64,000 nucleotides of DNA from Neocallimastix sp. 'constans' (Eukaryota), in contig JBODTK010000001.1 in the NCBI GenBank assembly GCA_050613775.1, forward strand, positions 2,170,001 through 2,234,000. The letters run 5' to 3'. The position numbers and the translations under genes are program-made. Under the pieces are notes generated by a model. That model saw nothing but the letters and a program-made list of their open reading frames with translations, was not told the origin of the DNA and searched no databases. Below, piece after piece: positions 28,629 through 43,456 of the stretch. Numbering within the stretch: the first letter of the stretch is position 1; the number at the start of each line of letters is the position of its first letter.

Positions 28629-29375
28629 ATGGATGATATAAAATATTTTTTATATATTTTATTAATTATTAATTTATTTACAGTTGTATTTACAAAAAAA
28701 TATTCTGTAGAGGATGATTATTTATATATATTACATAATATACAAGAAAAAACAAAACTATATAATTGTACAAATATAATTAATAGTTATAAGAATTGTA
28801 TCCTAGATTATAACAATGATGTAATACCAGATTATAACTCTTTATGTGATAATTTTTCCAATAAGATATGTAATTTGATAATTGAAAATATAGATAATAA
28901 TGTGCTCCAATGTGAAAAAGAATATCGTAATCAATTAGTTAAAGTTATGACAAATATATACCATGTTTCAAAATTATTTTGTTATAGAGGAGATAATAGT
29001 GAATTTTGTCCAATATCAAGAATTTTTCAAAAAGCTAAAACAGTCAAGGAAAATGTAAACAGTGAAGATTTTTATTCTTATTCCATTCTTCATACATACT
29101 GCCTTGATGAGTCTTGCTCACAGTATATAGATGAATCTTATATAGGAATTTATGCACTCTATAATATTGGAATAATAAATGATGAAAATATCATGTCAAG
29201 TTTAAAATATATTAATGATTTTATTGCATCTCGTGACTGTTATAAAATTAGACAAGCTTATGGAAATGTAAAAAGTGAAGAAAATGAATCTTTTTCAAAT
29301 AAAAATTATAGAATATCTGTAAAATTGATTATAATCATATTATTGTTCCTTTTTAGTTCCTTTTATATATTTTAA
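28629..29375 (+). CDS. Secreted cysteine-rich protein, probably GPI- or tail-anchored, 248 aa
   Basis: N-terminal hydrophobic signal (YFLYILLIINLFTVVFT), 10 Cys including FCYRGDNSEFCP, hydrophobic C-terminus (LIIIILLFLFSSFYIF); intronless. Confidence 0.85.
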   Translation: MDDIKYFLYILLIINLFTVVFTKKYSVEDDYLYILHNIQEKTKLYNCTNIINSYKNCILDYNNDVIPDYNSLCDNFSNKICNLIIENIDNNVLQCEKEYRNQLVKVMTNIYHVSKLFCYRGDNSEFCPISRIFQKAKTVKENVNSEDFYSYSILHTYCLDESCSQYIDESYIGIYALYNIGIINDENIMSSLKYINDFIASRDCYKIRQAYGNVKSEENESFSNKNYRISVKLIIIILLFLFSSFYIF

Positions 29376-29622
29376 ATAAATATATCTTTTTTTTTATTTT
29401 TTTTTTTAAATCTTGTACATAAAAAGCAAAATAAAAAATCAAATTGAGAACTTCATATTCATCAATAAATAAAAAACTAAATAACAAATATCATGTAAAT
29501 ACATGAAACCATATATAAAAATTAAACAAAAGTTTAATTTTTAAGAAAAGTATTATTTGATAATATGAATATAATATGAATATTATCATAATCATATATA
29601 TATATATATTTTAATATTTTTT

Positions 29623-29663
<41 letters not shown>

Positions 29664-29819
29664 ATAATATTTATTTAATTAGTTCATTTTTTTTTTTCGT
29701 GAATATATTAAACAGTTTATTTTTTTGAATATATTAATTAGTTTATTTTTTTTTTGATTATATATAATATACATTTGTTTATATATATTTAAGTAAATAT
29801 AAAATAACCTATATCAATA

Positions 29820-30440
29820 CTTTAAGTATTCTTTGTTAAATAATTCTTTAATAAGGTAGAAACCAGATTTGATGAACCAAAAATTTAAACTATAAAATTT
29901 AAGAATGTGAAATTTTCTACATCATTATTATAGTCTTCAAATTAGGAAAAGCTGTAACTTATAAAAATAACATATAAATAATTAATAAGGAATATAAATA
30001 ATCTTTAAAAATAACATTATAATTTGGTTTTTCTTCAGATTTTTTATTTCAAATATCGTGTTAATGAGTATAATAAGAACTATAATATCAAAAAATAAGC
30101 CACCTAGAGATATTCAGTAATTATAATAATATTGTATTTTTTCTTTTAAGTTTTTTTTTTTTTTTACTATTAAATTTATGAAAAGGATTTTAATAGCTGA
30201 TATTATAAAAACTAAAGTATAACTTGATGAAAAACAAGAAATTATAATTGTACCTTTAACCTTTTACTATTCAAATATTCAATTTTATCATTTCTAAAAT
30301 AAATCAATTCCAATATTAGTGATAATAGCACCTATATTAATGATATTACCATTGAATTTTTAATTATGATTCTTTTATTTTTAAATATAAAGAAAGCTGA
30401 ACATAAAGTTTTTTTTGATAATGTCACAAATAATACTTTA
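29820..30440 (-). pseudogene. Possible decayed membrane-protein coding remnant
   Basis: Slightly GC-richer patch giving hydrophobic peptides (ISLGGLFFDIIVLIILINTIFE; GTIIISCFSSSYTLVFIISAIKILF) broken by stops; family not recognised. Confidence 0.25.
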
Positions 30441-30815
30441 CACTAAAATTATTATATTAATATTAATTTAATTAAATTATTTTATATTACTTGAATAATT
30501 TTTAAAATTAATTTTTCACACATGCATAATTCAAATAATATAAAATTAACTTTACAAATTAATTAAATATTTTGGAGAAACAAAATAATAATAAAATTAT
30601 ATTTTTAATAATTTAAAAAAATTAATAATAAAAAAATTATTTAAAAAAAATTTATTAGTAATAGTAATATTTAAATAAGGATTAATAATATAAAGTTTGA
30701 AAAAAAAAAAAAACTCATAATAATAATATTTATTAACATTATGAGTTTTTTTTTTAATACGGTTATGTAAAAACCATTCTAACCTTTCTTATTTATTATA
30801 TGAAGTCTATATTGT

Positions 30816-30856
<41 letters not shown>

Positions 30857-31488
30857 AAATAGCAATAATAAAAATATTGCTATTTAATAATAAATCAGAT
30901 AAGATTATAATAAACATGAAAATTAATATATTCTTATTGTAAAACCAATTTTTTCGTTTATTATTTATTATATGATATTTGTAAATATTAAATATATTAT
31001 ATAATAATAAAAACCAAGTAACACATTATTTAATTATTATATTTAAAGAAAAAGTTATTTTTTTTTTTTTTTTTTTTTATCTATATAAGACTTTATTTTA
31101 TAATTAAACAATTTAACAGTTGCAATTTTAAATCTTAAATTATAAAGTTTATTATTCAAAATGTACCTTCTCGATTAATTACATATAATAACAAATATTG
31201 ATGCATATAATATTTTACAAAAATTAAACAATTTTTAAATAATTTTTAACACAAAACTAGTAAAATAATATATATATTATAGGTATTATAAGTTCTAATT
31301 CATATATAAAATATAATAAATAAAAAAATAATGTATGTTTAATATATAATAAAAGATATTTAGATAATAAATAAATAATTAACAAATAACTATAATATAT
31401 ATAGTTATTTATATATAAATATATAATATATATGTAATAAATGAATATAAATGTAAATAAATTATTTTATGAATAAATATATTAATAA

Positions 31489-31836
31489 TTATTCATTATG
31501 ATTTTCACTATCAGCACTTAAAATTATATTCGTACTATTGCGTAAAGCAGATGATGGTCCAATATTTTTATTTTTGATATTAATGGCATTTTCAATAATA
31601 TCTGAACAACTAGATCCATAACTTGAATAATTATTATAATTTGGAAGATTATCTGATATTTCAGTACCATCACTTAATTTCTTAGAAAAATTATTTATAT
31701 TCTTATCACAAACATTGGTATCAATGATATTAAAATTATTAATGTGGTTATAACTACTTTTTAAATTACTATTATTATCCTTGACATTACTGTCAGTATG
31801 ATTAAATTTATTGTTTATATCATTTTCTATTATGCG

Positions 31837-31906
<70 letters not shown>

Positions 31907-33511
31907 AATTTTGAATGAAAAATATCAATATCATTTTCAAAATTAATAGTTTCAAAATCTTTTGTTGTAATATATTGACGATTTTCAAAATTTTTGTAAT
32001 TATTAATTAATTTCTTTTCATATAAACTCCGGTCTTTTGGTAATCTCAAACTAGAGCTTTTCTGTGTGCTATTTAAATAATATTCTTTCCAATTATACTC
32101 TTTATAGTCTTTATTCAATTTGCTAACATCGAAAAATAAAGGATCATTTTTAAATTTATCAGAGCTATTTTTTTTACTTTTACTTTTATTAAATTGCATG
32201 TTAATATCTGATATTTTATGATCAACATTATTACCTGAATAATTCATCAATGAATTATTTTTTTTAATTTCCATTTTATAAAATGGATTGGTATTACTAA
32301 TTTTTATTTGATTATTTTTATTATTTAAATAATTATTCTTTTTATTAATAAAATAATTATGATTTGCACTGTTTTCATTATCTATCATTAAATTATTATA
32401 ATTTAATTTATTACTGGTTGATTTTTGATCATCAATAAAATCCGTTTCATTAAAAGTTTCATTATATTCATTGTCATCAATATTAGATAATTCTTGATAA
32501 GAGTTCGTGAGATGACTTGAACGCTTGCTATTATCACTCATATATGGTAAAGAATTTGATGATATTAAACTCAACCTATTATAGATGTCATTTACAAATG
32601 GCTTAAAATGTGCTTCCATTGGTGATTTAATTTTATTATCAAAATTTATACTACTATGAATAGGACTATACAGGCCTAACGAAGAAGAATTTTTTCTTAA
32701 ATCAATAAATGAATGAATACTTCTTCTTTCTGAATTAGTATTATTATCTACTATAAAACCGTTACTACTATTTCTATTATTATTGGTATTATTTGTATTT
32801 ATATTTTCTGGATTATAAAAGTTTATATTGTCTTTCTTTAATACTGGTTTATATAATGTATCATTACGAACTTTAATAAAATTTTTAGGATATCTCACAT
32901 TGAATATTGAACCGCTTTCCAAATTTTTATATATTTTATTATTATTATTTGAACTAAAAATATAATTGATGTCATTATAAAATTCCATATTATATGGTTT
33001 ATTTTTGTGGAAACGATATATATAATCCGTTATATTATTATTATTATTATAATGATTATTATTATTATCTGAAAAGGAATCATAATATTTTATTAATCCT
33101 TCACTTATATTTTGATTTAATTGATTTAATTTTTTAAAAAATGAATTGAATAATTTTGAATTGAAACTCAAATGATAGAAAACAAAGGCAACGTATACAA
33201 TTATTAATGAAATTAAACCTGATATTGAAAGATATATATTACATTTTCTTGTAGTATCATAATAAACATCTCTGATAATATCATGGAAATAATTTAAAGC
33301 AATTTTGAAATTATATACTAGATATCAAAGAAATTTTTAAAATTTAATAATAATAAAAATAATATTTAGATGTAATACATTATATTATATTAAATTATTT
33401 ATCATTATTTACATTCTAGTTCTTCATAAAATATTCCAAAATAATTTATTATATACTCTTTGTAAAATTGCTTGTATAAAATACTTTATAATTATTTTAA
33501 ATATAGTAATA

Positions 33512-33550
<39 letters not shown>

Positions 33551-35131
33551 AATCATTCTGAATTATATATTTATTATTTGATATTTTATTTACTTGTATA
33601 TTGTTAAATTTAGTATTTTTCCTGAAAAATAATACTTTAATAAATTTTTCAATATTTTAATCGGTTCTATATTAATAATGTTTTAAAATTTAAAATAAAT
33701 GTACATAAAAAACTTTTAAGTTTATGAAATATTAAATTATTATTATTATTTGAATATCTATCTTACCTTTATTTTTATATATTTCTTTCATTATAATATA
33801 TAAATTTGTTATTATAAAGCAAATAGCGACTGTATTTAGTAAGACGAATGTAATAATCATTATAGTTGGGGTTGCGATATTAAAAAATTCAAAAATAAAT
33901 GAATTAAGAAATATTATGAAAACACCTAAAGATATGCATATAATTGGGCTAAATGAGCAAATATATTTGAATGCTTTGCATATTCCAATTAGAAAGGTTG
34001 AGAATAAGCTATAAAGTAAATATATATTTAATAATTTTATAAACAAGCAATAATAAATATTATATAAAAAATTTAAAAATTCATAAAGGTAATAATTTAG
34101 AATTTAAAACAACATAATATATAATTATACCATATAACTGTTATTAATATTTCATAGTGAATCACCGAAAATTCATGAATTAATTCTAATTATAATAAAA
34201 TATCATTAATGATAATAATATTTTGTTAATTAAAAAATTATGTATATTATAGCAAATTTTAAATATTTATTTAAATTACTGTTTATATTATATTTACGTA
34301 TTAATAAAGATAGTTTATTTGTATCCATTAAAAAATTATATCCTAAGCAAAAACTGAAAAAATAAAAAACATTTGATTCAATTGGAAGAACAACATTTTT
34401 TTTATACACTAATTCTGTTATTATAAAGAAAACAATACACATAGCTGGAAATGAAAATTGCGTTAAATAGTATTTCCATGTTTTATCTAAATATATTTAA
34501 AAGTATAATAATAATTATATGTAAAATAATAATAAAATAATTAAAAATTTATATAATAACAGTAATATAATATGTAATAAAGTAACAAATGATAAGATTT
34601 TATATAATATTAATAATTTATTTTTACTTTTTTTTTTATTATATCTTATTTTATTTTATTCATTTTATACTTTTTTTTTTTATTTAATATTCTACTATTT
34701 ATTTTTATTTTATTTTATTCAAACTGTACTTTTTTTTTTTATTTAATATTATACTATTTATTTTATTTTATTTTATGTTATTTTATTTCAATAAAATTAA
34801 ATTAATGTTATTAATATGAAAAATTACCAAATATTGCTTCGTTTAATAAATATATGCAAAATGCAAAGCCTAAATATATATATATAAATTATAAGATTTA
34901 CTATTCTTTAAATTTATGTAGAAAAAAGTTATATTTTTTTAAAAAAAATTACTATAAAAAATAAGAATTCCAGAGTAATCAATTTGATATATATATGATT
35001 TTTTTAAAAATTTATTATTTATTTGACTACTCATTGTAACTAAAATAAAAAGAAATACTGAGATTGGTATCGATAATAGATATAATAATTTCCAACTAAA
35101 AATAAAAAAATAATTTTTAATTAAAATAAAG

Positions 35132-35196
<65 letters not shown>

Positions 35197-35871
35197 AATT
35201 ATATTATAAATATATATAATATTACTTTATCCATTTAATTAGTACAGACAATAATGCTCCCATTATTAAAGAACAACAAAAGAAGATAGATATAATTGTT
35301 TTCTTAATACTTTTTTTTATTATTATTATTAATATAAATTTTAAAGAAAGAATAAAATAACATTAAAATTTACTTAAATTATAAATTATATAGAATATGA
35401 AAAATAATATATATACTTTTGAATTTTATAGTATTCTTTGTTTAATAGAATATGAAATGCTAAACTTAAATTACTTCCAATAGCAAAACCTTTAATTGAA
35501 AAACATATAATAAACAAAATTTTACTATTTTCAAAATATAAACCAAGTGAACTTAATATATTTAAAATTGAGGTTATGACATTATTGATTTTTCCAGAAA
35601 TTGAGAATACTAAATAATTAATTCGAAATTTATTAATAAATATGTTATATTAATTATAATTATTATTATTATTATTATTTTTATATTATGCAATTTAATA
35701 ATATCAATAATACCATTGAATGATACTAAAAAGGAAATATAAAATGATATTAAATGAACATGATATTCTTGTATGAAATTCTTTTCTAAAATAATAGTAG
35801 GAAATAATGAAGTTAGAATTACAAAATCTAGTCCAGAAATAAAGAGCATAAGAATGAGTATCAGTCCTACA

Positions 35872-35914
<43 letters not shown>

Positions 35915-36095
35915 AAAAAAAAAATAAGAAAGAAAAAAATCATAAATAAATTTTATTTTCAATAAAAGTTGGAATTAATTATATTGTTTATATTGTAAGT
36001 AATTGTAAAATAAAAATTTAATTGAAAATAAAATAAAAAAAGATTCATTTTTATTATTTTTATACCTTATTGAAATCTTTTTTATTAACCTCCAT
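31489..36095 (-). CDS. Multi-exon divergent MFS transporter-like protein (DHA2/14-TMS type) with about 560-aa Asn-rich C-terminal tail
   Basis: About 12 phase-compatible GT..AG exons. TM1 LFISGLDFVILTSLFPTI resembles DHA2 motif D1; WKLLYLLSIPI resembles WRWxFxINxPi; QIDYSGILIF resembles motif H; last TM (YLSISGLISLIIVYVAFVFY) runs in-frame into ORF 31489..33171. First exon (MEVNKKDFNK, ATG at 36095) is tentative. Confidence 0.75.
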
Positions 36096-37503
36096 TGATA
36101 AAACTTTAAAGATATTAAATAAGTAAAAATTATTTTATATAATTAAAAGTCATTATTAATTTTATGTTTTTATTAGTTTCGCTTTTATATTATTATTTTT
36201 GTTTTATTCTATTCTATTCTATTTTATTTTATTTTTATTTTATTTTAAAATCTTTAGAAATTAATTTTATGTTAATTCATGTAAAAATGACTTTTGGTTT
36301 TTATTTAATATATAAAAGTTTATTTCAATTTAATATACAAATGTTAATTTCAAAATTATTATTACATAATATATTCTATTTTATATTAATTAATTCTATT
36401 AATTTTATTAATTTTATTAATTTTATTTCTTTAATTATTAAAAAAAATTAATATAACATAATTAATATAACAAAATTAATTAAAAAAAGTTTAAATATTA
36501 ATTATACCAAAATATATCAAATATCGATATATTTAATAGAAAATGTTTATTTTTATTATTATTTTAAGTATCAATTTATTCAATTATAAATATTTAATTA
36601 GTATTTTATTATTAAAGAAAAATAATTTGTTTAAAAAAATTAATACTTATAATAAAACATTATTAATGTTATTTAAATATTTATTTCTCACTACAAATTT
36701 TATAATTTTAATCATTAGTTCATTAGTTCATTTCTTAAATATATAATTTTTAAAATATTAATAAAATAGTTTTTATTCAATATTAAAATTTAAATATACA
36801 TTATAAAAAAAAATTTAAATAAGAAAAAAAAAATATTATATTAAATTTTTATAAGAAAAAAATATTGTCTTAATAAGAATAGTATATATATATATTTTAG
36901 AAAAATATTAATTTTTATTACATGAATGATGCAATTCAATATTATTCAATATAATAAATATTGCTATTTATATGTTATTTAAAATAATATTTTTTGTTAT
37001 TTCAATAAATTAAATTACTGAATTGAAATTCTTGTTAAATTTTGTATAGCAGATTTTTATAAAACGAAAACTAAGATATTATTATTTTTAACAAATTATG
37101 AAACGAATTAATTGAAAATAATAATTATCATATTTAAATTTTAAATATATAATATTTTTTCGAATTTCAGAAGGATATTCATTTAAAATGATATATATTA
37201 TCAAAATAAAAAAAATATTATATATATTTATATATATAATAAATATTTATATAAAGTATAAAATTCAAACTATACTCATATATTTATATGTTTGGTCCAT
37301 CAAACATTTTTTTAATTTATTTTTTTTTAATTATCTAATTATAATATATATATATATAACTATTTTTATACCTTTTAATGCTATTTTTGATGCTATGAAC
37401 ATGCTTATTTATATGTTAACATATTCATAAAATTCTTTCATTAATTTTCACTTTTATCAAAAAATATTACTAAATATATTTATAAATTATTAATAAATAT
37501 GCC

Positions 37504-37541
<38 letters not shown>

Positions 37542-38067
37542 ATAGATATTTATAAACAAATATATTCTTTTATTCTTAACAAAAATTTATAAAAAAAGAT
37601 AATTCTAATATTTAATGGCAAATAACATATTAAAATGAAATATTTTTTATCATAGACTTATAATCTTTTATCAATTAATCAATTAATTGATTTTTATTAT
37701 AAAACTTTTTTATTTCATATTTCAAATATTTTTTAAAAAAAAACTTTTCAATATATTTTAATTTTTCTTTTTGTTTAATTGGTATTATTTATGTATTTTT
37801 AATATAATATTTTAATTTTATTTGTAAAAATTTATTAAATCTACATATTTTTATGTTTTTTTAAAATTTTCTTTTTTAAAAATCTTAAAACTTTTAACAA
37901 CCAATCATTTTTTGATTTTTTTAAAAAAATATTTTTATTTGTATTATTAGTATTTATAATATCAAATTAATTGATAAAAAAAAACACCATAATAAATATA
38001 TTGTAATTAGTATAATTATACATATATTAATTTTTAAATTGAGATTAAATATATATATAACCATATA

Positions 38068-38109
<42 letters not shown>

Positions 38110-38213
38110 TTGTATTTATTTTTTTTTTATTTTAAAATTAAGGATAAATTTTAATTAATTTAATATAAAAAAATATATAAATATATATATAAAATATTTA
38201 ATAGATAAATAGA

Positions 38214-39770
38214 ATGACTTCAGTGTCTATAAAGGAATTATTACAAACCGTCAATGTTGAAGATGGTTTGACTGCTGAGGAATTATTTGACAGAAAGTCT
38301 TCAGTTGGTATGACATACAATGATTTCCTTATATTACCAGGTTACATTGATTTCCCAGCTGACGCAGCAACATGTGAAACTCAAATTACTAAAAATTATA
38401 AGATCAAAACTCCATTTGTTTCAAGTCCTATGGATACAGTTACTGAAACCGATATGGCTATTAGTATGGCATTAATGGGAGGTTTAGGTGTTATTCATCA
38501 CAATTGTACTATTGAAAAACAAGCTGATATGGTAAGAAAAGTAAAAAAATTTGAAAATGGTTTTATTCTTGATCCATTATGTATGAGTCCAGATAATGTT
38601 GTTGAGGATGTTATCAATACTAAAATAAAGTACGGTTTCTGTGGAATTCCAATTACTGAAACTGGTAAAATGAAGTCAAAACTTTTAGGTATTGTTACTT
38701 CACGTGATATTGATTTCCTTCAAAATAAAGAAGATCTTAAGATTAAATTAAAAGACGTCATGACAACTGATTTAGTTACTGCTAAAGATGGTATTTCATT
38801 ACAAGAAGCTAATGAAATATTAAGAAAATCTAAGAAAGGAAAGTTATTAATTGTTGATGATAACTATTGTCTTGTTGCATTACTTGCACGTTCTGATCTT
38901 ATAAAGACTCGTGATTTCCCAAATGCTTCTACTGTCCATAAGAGCAACCAATTATTATGTGCAGCTGCCATTAGTACTCATCCAGAAGATAAAAAGAGAG
39001 TTACAGCTTTAGTTGAAGCTGGTTTAGATATTGTTGTTATTGATAGTAGTCAAGGTAACTCGTCTTTCCAAATTGATATGATTAAGTTCATTAAAGAAAA
39101 GTATCCACATATTGATGTAATAGGTGGTAATGTTGTTACTAAAGAACAAGCACTTAACCTCATTAAAGCTGGTGTCGATGGTCTTAGAATTGGTATGGGT
39201 AGTGGTAGTATCTGTATTACTCAAGAAGTAATGGCTTGTGGTCGACCACAAGGTACAGCTGTATACCGTGTCTGTCAATTGGCTCAACAATTTGGTATTC
39301 CATGTATTGCTGATGGTGGTATTCAAAATGTTGGTCACATTGTCAAGGCTCTTGCCCTTGGTGCTAGTGGTGTTATGATGGGTGGTCTTTTAGCTGGTAC
39401 TACTGAATCTCCAGGAGAATATTTCTATCATGAAGGTAAGAAGTTAAAGCGTTATCGCGGTATGGGTAGTTTAGATGCTATGGATTCCGGAGGTGCCGCT
39501 AGTAAGCGTTACTACTCTGAAGGTGATAAGATTAAAGTTGCTCAAGGTGTATCTGGTTCTGTTGTTGACCGTGGTAGTGTAAAGAAGTTCTTAGAATATC
39601 TTGAACTTGGTCTTAAGCACTCTATGCAAGATATTGGTGTTAAATCATTAAAAGAACTTTGGGCTAAGGTTAATGATGGTACTGTTCGTTTTGAAAAGAG
39701 AACTAGCAGTGCTCAAATTGAAGGTGGTGTTCATGGTCTTTACTCATACGAAAAGAGACTCTACCAATAA
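38214..39770 (+). CDS. IMPDH: Inosine-5'-monophosphate dehydrogenase (eukaryotic type, CBS pair), intronless, 518 aa
   Basis: [18 protein letters not shown], catalytic [22 protein letters not shown], flap RY, VAQGVSG, C-terminal [15 protein letters not shown]. Confidence 0.99.
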   Translation: MTSVSIKELLQTVNVEDGLTAEELFDRKSSVGMTYNDFLILPGYIDFPADAATCETQITKNYKIKTPFVSSPMDTVTETDMAISMALMGGLGVIHHNCTIEKQADMVRKVKKFENGFILDPLCMSPDNVVEDVINTKIKYGFCGIPITETGKMKSKLLGIVTSRDIDFLQNKEDLKIKLKDVMTTDLVTAKDGISLQEANEILRKSKKGKLLIVDDNYCLVALLARSDLIKTRDFPNASTVHKSNQLLCAAAISTHPEDKKRVTALVEAGLDIVVIDSSQGNSSFQIDMIKFIKEKYPHIDVIGGNVVTKEQALNLIKAGVDGLRIGMGSGSICITQEVMACGRPQGTAVYRVCQLAQQFGIPCIADGGIQNVGHIVKALALGASGVMMGGLLAGTTESPGEYFYHEGKKLKRYRGMGSLDAMDSGGAASKRYYSEGDKIKVAQGVSGSVVDRGSVKKFLEYLELGLKHSMQDIGVKSLKELWAKVNDGTVRFEKRTSSAQIEGGVHGLYSYEKRLYQ

Positions 39771-39976
39771 ATTATTTAATATAAAAATTTCCATATTTTT
39801 AAATTATTTTTTAAATAGAAAAAAAAAAAAAAAAAGAATACAATATTTATTTAAGCAATATTTTATAAATACATAAATATATATAAAAAAAAAAAATTAG
39901 AAAAATATATGTATATAATAATTTAATATATTAAATTTTAAAATAAGTAATTTTTATTTAAAAACATACATACTAT

Positions 39977-40016
<40 letters not shown>

Positions 40017-40020
40017 TAAT

Positions 40021-40056
<36 letters not shown>

Positions 40057-41419
40057 ATCATTACATAAATAAAAAAAAAAGCATTTTTAATAGAAAAAAA
40101 TTTTTTTTTTTTTTTTAAATTTGAAAAGGAATAATATATAAATATATAATATATATATATATAATGATGATTTTTAGTGTGCTTTACTATATAATATTAA
40201 AATATGCTATTTATTTTAATATTAATAATAAATATTTCATTAGTATTATTATTTCAGCTAAATATTCAATCATAATTAAATTTTCATTTATTGAATGTTT
40301 TTTTTTTTTTTTTTTTTTTTTTTTTTCATACAATTATATTCAACAAATTTATTAATATTATTTACCATTATAAAATTATAAAAATTGATATTAGAATGAA
40401 AATTTTGGACTACTTTTTATGTTTCAAATATTAAATATTATATTCTGGAAATGTAAAAATTATTTTTTAATCAAATTTCATTTCAATATCTGATTTATTT
40501 ATAATATCCCATTATTTTTTTAATAATATCTGAATTTTTTTTTTTTTTGTAATATTTAAATTTTTAATGTAATTATACAATCAATAATTAACTAAATATA
40601 TTAATTATATCAATTATCAAATAATAATATTAGAATTATTTAAATGATAATAATTATATTATTCTTTATATAGATATATTTTATATATATGATATTTAAA
40701 ATTTATTACTACTTTTAGTATTTTATTAAAATTAATTAATTATTTTCATAATGTTCTTAAATTCTCTCTATATATATCTTTTGATTTTTCATATATATGT
40801 TTTTTTATCATTTCTGATGTATTAGGGATGGTATATTTAAATAGGTCATTATTTCAGATGGTATATTTAAACCAATAATATCATTATGGAATTTAATGTT
40901 TATTATATTTTTAATAATATATCATACTTTTATTGTTATTTATCTTGGCTTGTTCAATTTTTCATTTTAATTCATCATTTTGTTCAATTTTTCCTAATTC
41001 AGCCAAAATATTCTTTTCTTGGTATTCACCAAGGCCTTTTTTATCATTAGTGTTAATTATATTAAAGTATCTTATACTATAATTTGTCCCTTCGATTATA
41101 GCTTCCTTTTAAAGGAAATATTATCACTCATTTATTAAATTTTAATATAAAGTTAATATCATAAAAATTTTGTGTATAATTAGAATGAATTTATATTTAT
41201 TTTATAAGAAATATAATATATTGATTTACTAATATTTTATATATTAGATAAAAGCACTAATGAGACTCTTAATTTATTAAATGTAATTTATTTAATTATT
41301 ATTTAATTATACATTTATTTATTATTTAGTAAAATACTTTTATGAATGACTTCTTTCATTTTTTTTTTTATAATATAAAAATTATTTTTATATTAATTAT
41401 TTAATTATTTCACATGAAT

Positions 41420-42520
41420 GCTGAACCCTGAAGATCTTAGGGAACTCTTGCTTGAATTTCATTACCTATTTCATTGGCTGTAGCAAGAAGTTTATTTGCC
41501 ATTGCATTAAAGTCCAGATTATCATTATGTTCAAATTCATCCAGTATACATATGAATTTTTATGAGAGAAAATTGCTTCATGTTTATCCTTATAAATTTG
41601 ATGTGACTATATAATTCTTTTATCAGGAGATAGGGTAGTAAAACAATCAAGTGATGTTTTTTTTTATAAGAACGAATAAGTGGTAAATGGTCAGAGATAT
41701 CATTAAAAGAATTATATATAAAAGCAATATTCAGATAGTTTTTTAATTTATAATTAAGAACTATAAAGATAATTCAGGAATTCTTTCCACCATTGAACCA
41801 AGTTTACTGGTGACTAACCATATCCACAAACCGTTGAAGTGAAATATTTTAAGAATAAGATCTTCTCTTCATAGTCATGCTGAAATCACCGACAATAACA
41901 AAAGCATTATTATGATGGCTCTTTTGACAATTACCAAAAATCAATTTTCTCTTTATCCCTTGTGTTTTTATGTTTTTTGATGGGGATGCAAATGCTTCCT
42001 AATGAACATCTAACATTCCAAAAGGAAACTATATTTACTGAAATTATATATCTATATTCTAAATTATTATTAATGAATTGGCAGGAATTGTGGATACCAA
42101 TATAAAGGCCACGCATACCAGAGATTTTCATTACTTTATTATTAATTCTCTGTATGATCGGTTTCAATTTAAAATCATTTGAAAATGGTATACCTAAGTA
42201 GGTACCGCAAATCGTTTTAGGTAACTCTTGACTTGAAAGATAAAAGATAGAATTATTATAATTATTAAGAAATCCAAGATTATATAAGATATTTATTTAA
42301 AAGGAATTCTTTTTCCAGATTAGGATTTGAATTGACCATCTGAATTACAGAAAACTGTAATTAGTATACATGATATCGGCCATTCCTTTTCCTTCAATGG
42401 ACCTGAAAAAACAATCCATGGAGATTTATATTTTTGAAAACTATAGTATTTATTTATACAATCAAACATACTATTCTGAATAATTATTTAAAATACCTAA
42501 ATCTATTACCAAATGGATTA
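41420..42520 (-). mobile_element. Decayed non-LTR retrotransposon (LINE) ORF2 remnant
   Basis: Minus strand gives FYLSSQELPKTICGTYLGIPFSNDFKLKPII (RT domain-7-like YLG motif), similar to the 59.9-kb remnant; many stops and frameshifts; boundaries approximate. Confidence 0.7.
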
Positions 42521-42667
42521 AAAATAAATTTTATCATTTTTAATATGAATTAATTCGTAGTTTACATTTTATTATTATTATTAAAATTATTATCATTATA
42601 ATTATTACTATTATTATTAGCATTATTATTATTATTGTTGTTGTTATATGTTTATTAATTAATTTAA

Positions 42668-42707
<40 letters not shown>

Positions 42708-43456
42708 ATCATATTAAAAAATTAAATTGAATGATTTAGAACAAATTTTCAAATAACTTTCCAATCAAGTTAAATAAAACGCTCCAGAGTAAAAAAGATT
42801 TTTGTAAAATATAAATTTTAATTAAAGAACAACACCAAATTTCTATTATTTCAAATATTTTATTTTTTATTATCAAATCTTTTATTTAATTTGAAAATAT
42901 ATTAATTATAAAAAAAATTATATTAAATATTATTTGAAATATATGAAATTATATAAATTTCATATATTTCATAAAAATTAATTATTAAATTAAATATATT
43001 ACTATTATATTACTATTGTATTATATTATATATTATTATTGACTATTTTTCTCTAATTAAATAACTAGATAAAATATATATATATATACATACATACAAA
43101 TTTTTCTATATAAAATTTATTTTTTTTTTTCCATAACAAAATTAATTCTCTAATAATAGAGTTAATTCATTACTAAAAATAATAAAAGAAAAAAAAAGAA
43201 AGGAAAAAAAAAAAAAAAAAAAAACGAATTAATATATAAAATATAAAATATAAGTAAATTGAAAAAATTAATGTTTCCATATAATTTCATTTTTTCATTA
43301 AAAAAATATTATTATATTTATATATAATTTTTTCTTTTTTCTTTCAATTAATAAATATATATTAATAAATGTATATATATATATATATATATTTTCATAA
43401 ATTAAGATTTAAAAGGTTTTAAAATAAAAATAAAAAAAAAAATTCTATTATTTAAT

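Noticed and set aside
30704..30885. Small hairpins (aaaactcataat..attatgagtttt; aaatagcaata..tattgctattt)
   Set aside because: Short AT-rich arms partly made of homopolymer; plausible by chance at this composition.
36164..37430. Short F/I/L/Y/K-rich ORFs here and elsewhere (e.g. 19008, 40164, 45477, 47081, 54085)
   Set aside because: Expected from extreme AT content; no GC elevation, splice structure or recognisable motifs.
31489..39770. Mycophenolate-type self-resistance cluster (IMPDH plus drug MFS)
   Set aside because: No biosynthetic genes in the window; IMPDH looks like a housekeeping copy and the MFS is motif-degenerate.
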